Of a DNA stretch of 64,000 nucleotides, positions 57,804 through 64,000 are shown piece after piece. The position numbers and the translations under genes are program-made. The stretch covers positions 407 to 64,406 of the forward strand of contig JBAUWJ010000135.1 of NCBI GenBank assembly GCA_049583715.1. The letters are read 5' to 3'. The notes beneath the pieces were generated by a model that worked only from the letters and a program-made list of their open reading frames with translations, was not told the DNA's origin and did not search any database. Position 1 is the stretch's first letter. Each line of letters starts with the position of its first letter. Origin of the DNA: Arenicellales bacterium. Lineage in GTDB: Bacteria; Pseudomonadota; Gammaproteobacteria; Arenicellales; JAANXG01.

Positions 57804-58466
57804 TCAGCGCCCGGAGTCCTTCTCCGCGCTCCAGCGCGCCGTCAGCTCGCCCAAGCTGTCGCGGCGGGTGATGATCACGACCTCGTCGCCGCTCTTCAGC
57901 GCGGTATCGTGCTCCGCCAGCAGGAACTTGTTGTCACGGTAAATGCAGATCACCCGGCTGTCCTTGGGCAGCTCGAGCGCATCGACCTGCATCTCGTCCT
58001 CCTTGCGCGCGACGAACGAGAACACCCGTGCTTCGTCGCGGATCATGGTGGACAGCTCCAGGGGATCCCTGCCCTCGAACATGTCCGCAAGATAGCGCCC
58101 GATGGTGCGCGCCGGAATGATAGTGTTCTCGAGGCCCAGCTCGATGCAGATATGCTCGAATTCGGCATCCTCGATCTTGGTGATCACGCGCCCGAAGCCC
58201 AGCGAGCGGCCCACCAGGCTGGCGATGATATTCGCCTGGTCGTTGCCGGTGAGACAGTACAGGACATCGCTCTCACCCGGATTGGCCTCGCGCAGAATGG
58301 CAGGCTTGCTGCCGTCGCCGTGCAGCAGGCCGCAGTCCAGCTCCTGGGTCAGCACATCGATTCGCGCCTTGTCGCTCTCGACGATGACCACTTCGTGCCC
58401 GCGTGCCAGCAACAGCCGTGCCGTCATCACCGCCAGCGAGCCCGCTCCGACGAATACCGCTCTCAT
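57804..58466 (-). CDS. trkA: Trk/Ktr potassium uptake system NAD-binding subunit (TrkA-N + TrkA-C)
   Basis: Rossmann motif VFVGAGSLAVMTARLL plus a C-terminal RCK_C domain. The start forms an ATGA overlap with the trkH stop. Confidence 0.9.
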   Translation of the reverse strand: MRAVFVGAGSLAVMTARLLLARGHEVVIVESDKARIDVLTQELDCGLLHGDGSKPAILREANPGESDVLYCLTGNDQANIIASLVGRSLGFGRVITKIEDAEFEHICIELGLENTIIPARTIGRYLADMFEGRDPLELSTMIRDEARVFSFVARKEDEMQVDALELPKDSRVICIYRDNKFLLAEHDTALKSGDEVVIITRRDSLGELTARWSAEKDSGR

Positions 58467-59926
58467 TGTGCCTCACCCCGCTTGCCAAACCAGGTCGGCG
58501 GGTAGAATAGTACGAGCAGTGCAACGATTTCCAACCGGCCAAGCAGCATATCCAGGCCCAGCAGCACTTTGAGCGGGGTCGCCAGCGTCGCCGCCGTAAT
58601 GCCCGTCGACAGGCCTGCGGTAGCCGCCGCCGAGGTCACCTCGAACAACGCGTCGATGGGTGCGTAGCCCCAGGCGACGAACACCAGCCACGACAGCAGC
58701 ACCACGAGGAAGAAGAGAAACATCAACAGCGCGGCGCGGGCGATGTCGTCCTGCTCGAGCACCCGGCCGGCGAGGCGCGGCTCCACCACGGCATGGGTGG
58801 CTGCGGCCGTGCGCCGCACCGTGACCTGGACAAGCCGCAGCAGAATCATGAGTCGCAGCATCTTGATGCCCCCGGCCGTTGATCCGACGCCGCCGCCCAC
58901 CGCCATGGCCAGGATCAGCACCAGCTTCGCCGCCGCACCGAGCTGCGCGATCCTGAGGCTGGCGAACCCCGCCGTGGTCTGCGCCGACAGGCCGAGCAGC
59001 AGGCCGTTGGCGATGGATTGCCTGCCGCCCAGTCCGGCTCCGGCGAAGAGCAGCCCGCTCATCAGGGCACCAACCAGTATGACCGCGGTGACCAGCCCGC
59101 GAAGCTCCACGTCCTGCAGCGCCACGCGCCATTCTCCGTGAAACGCCCGGTAGTAGAGCACCAGCGGCAGGGTGCCACAGAAACCGAGGATGACGACGGC
59201 AAAGCGCGGCGCCCAGCCGGCCATGCCGCCCAGGTTGCCGTCGAAGGAAGAGAACCCGCCGGTGGATACCGCCGACATGACGTGCACGATGGCATCGAAA
59301 CCGTTCAGGCCGAGTGCCCAGAGCAAGGCAATGCCGCACGCCGTCAGTACCAGGTAGACATCGAGCATGCGCCGCGCGTGGGTGCGCGCCGTGGTCGCGA
59401 GCGGCTCGTCGGCCCCGGGCTGGACGAGCCGGTGCGCGGCCATGTGGTGGCCCGTCAGCAGGGCAAGGGACAACACCACGATCCCGAGACCACCAAACCA
59501 CTGCATGAAGGAGCGCAGGAACAGGAAAGTGTGCGGTTCCCCGGAGGGCCGTGCCACGGTCGACAGTCCCGTGGTCGTCACGCCCGAAACGGATTCGAGC
59601 CAGGCGTCGATGGCGGTCAGGCCGCCCGCCGCCAGCGGATAGCTCATCAGCAGCGAAGCGACGACGAACGTCAGCGCGACCACGACGAGGGCTTCGTTGG
59701 TGCGGATCTCGGTGGGCGCCGGCAGGCGCAGCAGCGGCGCACCGGCGAGCACGAGCAGGATCGCGACGGCGCCGAGCCGCCAGGTGAACGCGTAGTCGCC
59801 GTAATAGAGCGAGACCAGCAGCGGGACGAGTGTCAGGGCAGCCAGCACGACCAGCAACTGGGCCAGGTAGTACCCGATCGCACGCGGTCGCACCGCGTAG
59901 CTCAATACCGATGCGCCTGACTTCAT
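58463..59926 (-). CDS. trkH: TrkH/KtrB-family potassium transporter membrane subunit
   Basis: 487 aa, multi-TM, with repeated selectivity-filter-like segments (VTTTGLS, VSTGGFS, QTTAGFA, TAGGIK). Confidence 0.9.
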   Translation of the reverse strand: MKSGASVLSYAVRPRAIGYYLAQLLVVLAALTLVPLLVSLYYGDYAFTWRLGAVAILLVLAGAPLLRLPAPTEIRTNEALVVVALTFVVASLLMSYPLAAGGLTAIDAWLESVSGVTTTGLSTVARPSGEPHTFLFLRSFMQWFGGLGIVVLSLALLTGHHMAAHRLVQPGADEPLATTARTHARRMLDVYLVLTACGIALLWALGLNGFDAIVHVMSAVSTGGFSSFDGNLGGMAGWAPRFAVVILGFCGTLPLVLYYRAFHGEWRVALQDVELRGLVTAVILVGALMSGLLFAGAGLGGRQSIANGLLLGLSAQTTAGFASLRIAQLGAAAKLVLILAMAVGGGVGSTAGGIKMLRLMILLRLVQVTVRRTAAATHAVVEPRLAGRVLEQDDIARAALLMFLFFLVVLLSWLVFVAWGYAPIDALFEVTSAAATAGLSTGITAATLATPLKVLLGLDMLLGRLEIVALLVLFYPPTWFGKRGEAQ

Positions 59927-60055
59927 GCCGTGCTCCCGTCGATGAGTGCCGCACCTGGTGGAAGGACGAAGCGCGCATACTAACAGACGCGCCGCAGCGG
60001 CCTGGCATCAGGGGCGGTCGTGTAGAATGGCGGCGACATACCGGCGGACAATCTT

Positions 60056-61300
60056 ATGACGGAACTCGAGCTTGCCAGCGTACTGGTGTGCCTCGCCGCG
60101 CTGTTCGGGGTGCTCAACTATTTTCTCCTGCGACTGCCACAGACCATCGGCCTGGTGGTGATTGCGCTGGGCACCTCTTTCGCCATCATGGGACTGCACG
60201 CGCTCTTTCCGGAGCTCGGCCTGGCCACACTCGTGCGGGAGCGGGTGCAAAACTTCGATCTGAACGAAGCATTCATGCACGGCATGCTCGGCTTCCTCTT
60301 GTTCGCGGGCGCGCTGCACGTGGACCTCGAATCGCTGCGCATCAACCGGTGGGTGATCGCCCTGGCCGCGAGCGTGGGCGTGGTCGCGTCGGCATTTCTC
60401 GTGGCGCTTGGATTTCAATGGCTGTCCGGCGTGCCGTTCCTCGTCGCTCTGGTGTTCGGCGCCCTCATCTCACCCACCGACCCGGTGGCGGTATTGAGCG
60501 TGCTGAAGGACGCCGGCGTCCCCGAATCACTGGAAGCAAAGATCGCCGGTGAGTCGCTGTTCAACGACGGTTCCGGCTACGTCGTATTCCTCATCGTGGC
60601 CGCGCTCGCGTTCGGCAGCTCCGGATCGCACCCGCTCGGTGCCGGAGACGTGGCCTCATTGTTCCTGCTGGAAGCCGTCGGCGGCGCGGTGCTCGGCGGG
60701 GTCGCCGGCTGGCTGGTGTTCACGGCCATGAAACGCATCGACGACTACAGCCTGGAAGTCCTGCTGACCCTGGCCCTGGTGATGGGCACCTACGCCCTCG
60801 CCCACCGCCTGCATGTCAGCGGGCCCATCGCCGTCGTCGTCGCCGGCCTGTTCATCGGCAGCCACGGCGTCGCCTACGGCATGTCCGAGACCACTCGCGA
60901 TCACGTCATCAAGTTCTGGCGGATGATCGACGAGATCCTCAACGCCGTGCTGTTCCTCATCATCGGCATGGAGATCTTCACCGTCACCTACCACCCGACG
61001 GCGCTCGTGATCGGCCTCGCCAGCGTGCCCCTGGTGCTGCTCGCCCGCTTTATCACACTCGGTGGCATCATCGGATCGCTGCGCTTCAAGCGCCCCTTCA
61101 CCGGCGGCGCCCTGCCCATCATGACCTGGGGCGGCCTGCGCGGCGGCATCTCCGTCGCACTGGTCCTCTCCCTGCCGCCCTTTCCGGAGAAGAACCTCCT
61201 GCTGATGGCCACCTATGTAGTGGTGATCTTCTCCATCATCGTCCAGGGCCTCACCATCAAACCGTTCGCGCGCCTCTGGCTGCGCCGCGCGGACGCCTGA
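60056..61300 (+). CDS. nhaP: CPA1-family Na+/H+ (cation:proton) antiporter, NhaP type
   Basis: FGALISPTDPVAVLSVLK...ESLFNDGSGYVVF...TWGGLRGGISVAL. Confidence 0.9.
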   Translation: MTELELASVLVCLAALFGVLNYFLLRLPQTIGLVVIALGTSFAIMGLHALFPELGLATLVRERVQNFDLNEAFMHGMLGFLLFAGALHVDLESLRINRWVIALAASVGVVASAFLVALGFQWLSGVPFLVALVFGALISPTDPVAVLSVLKDAGVPESLEAKIAGESLFNDGSGYVVFLIVAALAFGSSGSHPLGAGDVASLFLLEAVGGAVLGGVAGWLVFTAMKRIDDYSLEVLLTLALVMGTYALAHRLHVSGPIAVVVAGLFIGSHGVAYGMSETTRDHVIKFWRMIDEILNAVLFLIIGMEIFTVTYHPTALVIGLASVPLVLLARFITLGGIIGSLRFKRPFTGGALPIMTWGGLRGGISVALVLSLPPFPEKNLLLMATYVVVIFSIIVQGLTIKPFARLWLRRADA

Positions 61301-61366
61301 CGCGGATCGCCGGTCACGCTACGGGTGCTATGATGGGCGCCCATTCACAGACCCGAACGCCCGCTC

Positions 61367-61612
61367 ATGCGCACCATCACGAGCGAAGACGGCCAGACCT
61401 GGGACGTGGCCGTGCAGCAGGCCTCCTACGGCGCCCACTACCTCCTTTTCGCCGCCCGCGGCACCGACGAGATCCGCCAGGCGCTGATGGCCGCGTCCAC
61501 CCGCATCGGCGCCGAGCGCGAACTCGCGGAGCTGACCGACGAGGTGCTCAAGGCGCGGCTCATGGGTCTGGACGCATCGGAGCCGGGGCAACCACCCGAC
61601 CTGGGCGCTTGA
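61367..61612 (+). CDS. Small hypothetical protein (81 aa)
   Basis: Strong G/C third-position bias across the ORF (cgc acc atc acg agc gaa gac ggc cag acc...). Lies 49 nt upstream of the nitrilase on the same strand. No family recognised. Confidence 0.5.
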   Translation: MRTITSEDGQTWDVAVQQASYGAHYLLFAARGTDEIRQALMAASTRIGAERELAELTDEVLKARLMGLDASEPGQPPDLGA

Positions 61613-61661
61613 CTCCGCCTGTCCAGGCGACCTCGTGATCCGCCGTGATGGAGAAACGACC

Positions 61662-62606
61662 ATGACGCTCAAAGCTGCCGTGAGCCAGCGGCCCCCGGTG
61701 TTGCTCGACCTGCGCGCCAGTCTCGACTTGGCTGTTGAAACCATCGAGCGGGCCGCCGCCAAGGGCGCGCGGCTGATCGTGTTTCCCGAAGCTTTCCTGC
61801 CCGGCTATCCCACCTGGATATGGAGGCTGCGGCCGGGCAGGGATGCCGAGCTCGGTAACGAGATCCACGCCCGGCTGCGCGCCAATGCCGTGGACCTGGC
61901 GAAGGACGGGCTGGCGCCCCTACGCGAAGCGGCCCGCGAAAAGGCGGCGGTGGTCGTGATTGGTTTCCACGAGGTCGACTCCGCGTTCAGCGGCACGACC
62001 TTGTTCAATTCCGTGGCGGTGATCGGTCCGGAGGGGGAAATTCTCAACCGGCACCGCAAGATGATGCCCACTAACCCGGAGCGCATGGTCTGGGGATTCG
62101 GTGATGCCAGCGGATTGAGGGTAGTCGAGACGCCCGCCGGTCGAATCGGAACTTTGATTTGCTGGGAAAGCTATATGCCGCTGGCGCGTCACGCCCTCTA
62201 CGCTCAGAATATAGAGATCTATGTCGCGCCCACCTGGGACTGCGGAGATACCTGGATCGCTTCGATGAACCACATCGCCCGCGAAGGGGGATGCTGGGTC
62301 CTGTCGTCGGCAACCGCCCTGCAGGCCTCCGATGTTCCCTCGGACTTCCCGGGTCGGGACACGCTCTTCACCGGCGACGAATGGATCAATCCCGGGGATG
62401 CGGTCGTGGTCAGGCCACACGGCGGTATCGTCGCGGGTCCTCTGCACCAGGAAAAGGACCTATTGTTCGCCGAGATCGACGTCGAGAAGGCCCGTCGGGC
62501 ACGCAAATCCCTGGACGTCACCGGCCACTACGGCCGGCCGGACCTGTTTCAGCTCAACGTCGACCGGCGGCCCCATCCGCCGGTGGCGTTCGACGACATA
62601 ACGTGA
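61662..62606 (+). CDS. Nitrilase / C-N hydrolase superfamily enzyme
   Basis: Catalytic triad context: FPEAF (Glu), RHRKMMPT (Lys), LICWESY (Cys). Start taken at ATG 61662 with GGAGA upstream. Confidence 0.9.
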   Translation: MTLKAAVSQRPPVLLDLRASLDLAVETIERAAAKGARLIVFPEAFLPGYPTWIWRLRPGRDAELGNEIHARLRANAVDLAKDGLAPLREAAREKAAVVVIGFHEVDSAFSGTTLFNSVAVIGPEGEILNRHRKMMPTNPERMVWGFGDASGLRVVETPAGRIGTLICWESYMPLARHALYAQNIEIYVAPTWDCGDTWIASMNHIAREGGCWVLSSATALQASDVPSDFPGRDTLFTGDEWINPGDAVVVRPHGGIVAGPLHQEKDLLFAEIDVEKARRARKSLDVTGHYGRPDLFQLNVDRRPHPPVAFDDIT

Positions 62607-62613
62607 GGACGAT

Positions 62614-62682
62614 CGGGAAATGGGGACGCACCACGTTCTTGATGCCTGAATGGAATTATAACCGTGGTCCGTCCCCATTTCC
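62614..62682. other. 69-nt extended hairpin in an AT-richer convergent intergenic region
   Basis: GGGAAATGGGGACG (62614-62627) pairs perfectly with CGTCCCCATTTCCC (62669-62682). CCACG (62630-62634) also pairs with CGTGG (62662-62666). The loop is 27 nt and no U-tract follows. Confidence 0.5.
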
Positions 62683-63007
62683 CCCGGAGAAAAGGCCAAT
62701 GAGTTCCACTGCTTATTCCCGCAGGTCCCGCTGTGAAGTACGTGAATAGTGTACTAGACAGAAACTTGCCAGTACACGGGCTTGATTCTCGGCGAACAGC
62801 CATTTGAGGGGTTCGCTTGGAATCTACTGCGCGAGGCTAAATCACGTCCTCGCAGCGCGAGTCCGGATCCCTCCCCGAAACACGCTCTCGGGATCGCTAT
62901 GTGGTGGTCTCTTTGCACCCGCAGCCCGGATACTCATATCTGTCGCCGTTGCTTATCCCTCGGCATCAGCTCCGTGATGCACACTCTGTTGCACGGAACA
63001 GCACGCG

Positions 63008-63655
63008 TCACCTTCTCCTGCGAATCAAGAGGTGCGTCGCGCGCTCCCCCGCGACGGACTCTGCGCACTCGTAACCCCGCGCGTGCATATCGATGTCCCG
63101 CCACAGCTGCTCGCCCGAGCCGAGGAGGATCGGCCGGACAGCGAGATGCAGCTCGTCGATCAAGCCGGCGCGTAAATACTGCCGGATCGTGGCCACGCCC
63201 CCGCCGAGGCGGACATCATGATCACCCGCCGCGGCGGCCGCCTGCTCCAGGGCGGCGTGAATGCCACCGGTGACAAAATGGAACACCGTGCCTCCGGCCA
63301 TCTCCAGGGGCGCCCGGGCGTAGTGAGTCAACACGAAGACGGGTGTGTGGTAGGGCGGCTCCTCGCCCCACCATCCTTTCCAGCTCTCGTCGGGCCAGGG
63401 ACCGCGAACGGGGCCGAACATGTTGCGCCCGAGGATCCAGGCACCGATTCCCTGAAAGCCGCGCTCCGCCATGTGGTTGTCGACGCCCGTCTCCCCGTCC
63501 TCCTGGCCCTGCATCCGCCGCCATACCCGCGTATGGAAGAACCATTCCATCAGTTCCGGGCCCCTGACGCCGAGCGGATTCTGCAGGTCCTGGTTCGGAC
63601 CGGCGCCGTAGCCGTCGATGGATATCGCGAAGCTTTGTACCCGCAGCCTGGACAT
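63008..63655 (-). CDS. Dihydrofolate reductase family protein (RibD C-terminal domain type)
   Basis: FAISIDGYGAGPNQ...WILGRNMF...VFVLTH...DVRLGGGVATIRQYLRAGLIDELHLAVRPILLGSG. Confidence 0.85.
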   Translation of the reverse strand: MSRLRVQSFAISIDGYGAGPNQDLQNPLGVRGPELMEWFFHTRVWRRMQGQEDGETGVDNHMAERGFQGIGAWILGRNMFGPVRGPWPDESWKGWWGEEPPYHTPVFVLTHYARAPLEMAGGTVFHFVTGGIHAALEQAAAAAGDHDVRLGGGVATIRQYLRAGLIDELHLAVRPILLGSGEQLWRDIDMHARGYECAESVAGERATHLLIRRRR

Positions 63656-63687
63656 TCATGAGTCTCGCGGTTGCTCGTCCTGCAGCA

Positions 63688-64000
63688 TCAGTCTGGCGGT
63701 CCTTTCAGCTCCACCACGTTGCCTTCCGGGTCTGTGATGTAGATGGAAGGGCCGTTGCCTTCGGCGCCGTAACGGGTCTGCGTCGACCCGGCCTCGAAAC
63801 CGTGCGCGGCCAGGTGCTCGCGGATGGCCGCATCGTCGAACGGATCAACGCGGATACACAGGTGGTCCAGGTTGTGGCCCTGCCTGCCGGGCGCGGGACC
63901 GCCTTGCCTGCCAATCTCGCCACCGACATCGACGAGGTCGATCAAGCTCCTGCCCGCCCGTAGCTGAATCAGGCCGAGCTTCGCGGAGCGGCGCTCCTCC
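63688..64000 (-). CDS. VOC (glyoxalase/bleomycin-resistance) family protein, 5'-truncated by the window edge
   Basis: LDHLCIRVD...HLAAHGFE...GNGPSIYITDPEGNVVEL. The reading frame stays open upstream of the track's TTG, all the way to nt 64000. Confidence 0.75.
   Translation of the reverse strand, partial: EERRSAKLGLIQLRAGRSLIDLVDVGGEIGRQGGPAPGRQGHNLDHLCIRVDPFDDAAIREHLAAHGFEAGSTQTRYGAEGNGPSIYITDPEGNVVELKGPPD

Noticed and set aside
62782-63273. 163-aa plus-strand ORF starting in the AT-richer gap
   Set aside because: More than half of it is antisense to the DHFR-family gene. The intergenic part has no GC3 bias, and the translation is Arg/Ser/Pro-rich.

Overview
High-GC (about two-thirds G+C by eye) chromosomal segment, gene content typical of a gamma- or betaproteobacterium. 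It is densely coding: about 60 protein genes are supported. I found no rRNA, tRNA, CRISPR array, transposase, integrase or phage gene.

Recognisable modules, in order:
- a ubiquinone/heme operon: hemB, DUF971, ubiE, ubiJ, ubiB
- a lysine deacetylase plus Pat-type acetyltransferase pair
- a purine-salvage trio: hpt, a second PRTase and a LOG-family nucleosidase
- a complete taurine-to-acetyl-CoA island: pta, tauCBA, tpa, tauR, xsc. A small citrate synthase and an AspT-type aspartate aminotransferase run divergently from pta.
- an uncharacterised operon: DUF71 ATP-pyrophosphatase, GNAT, GMC oxidoreductase
- a 16-kb co-directional purine-catabolism block: uraH, xdhABC, a BMP-type ABC importer, puuD, puuE, uraD, alc, allA, guaD
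- trkAH, nhaP, and a nitrilase

I see no obvious new defence-type or toxin-type protein system. The least ordinary content is non-coding. At least four families of palindromic REP/MITE-like elements sit in the gaps between genes. One family (a GTGG-headed 22-mer) carries a 53-nt internal module. That module occurs once at 15.1 kb and three times in tandem at 20.1 kb, and paired substitutions between copies preserve a 6-bp stem. The second-best candidate for something undescribed is the DUF71-GNAT-GMC operon.

Many very long ORFs in the six-frame track are antisense or 5'-extension artefacts of high GC and were rejected. All functional calls come from reading the translations for motifs and family resemblance. 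No database search was possible.
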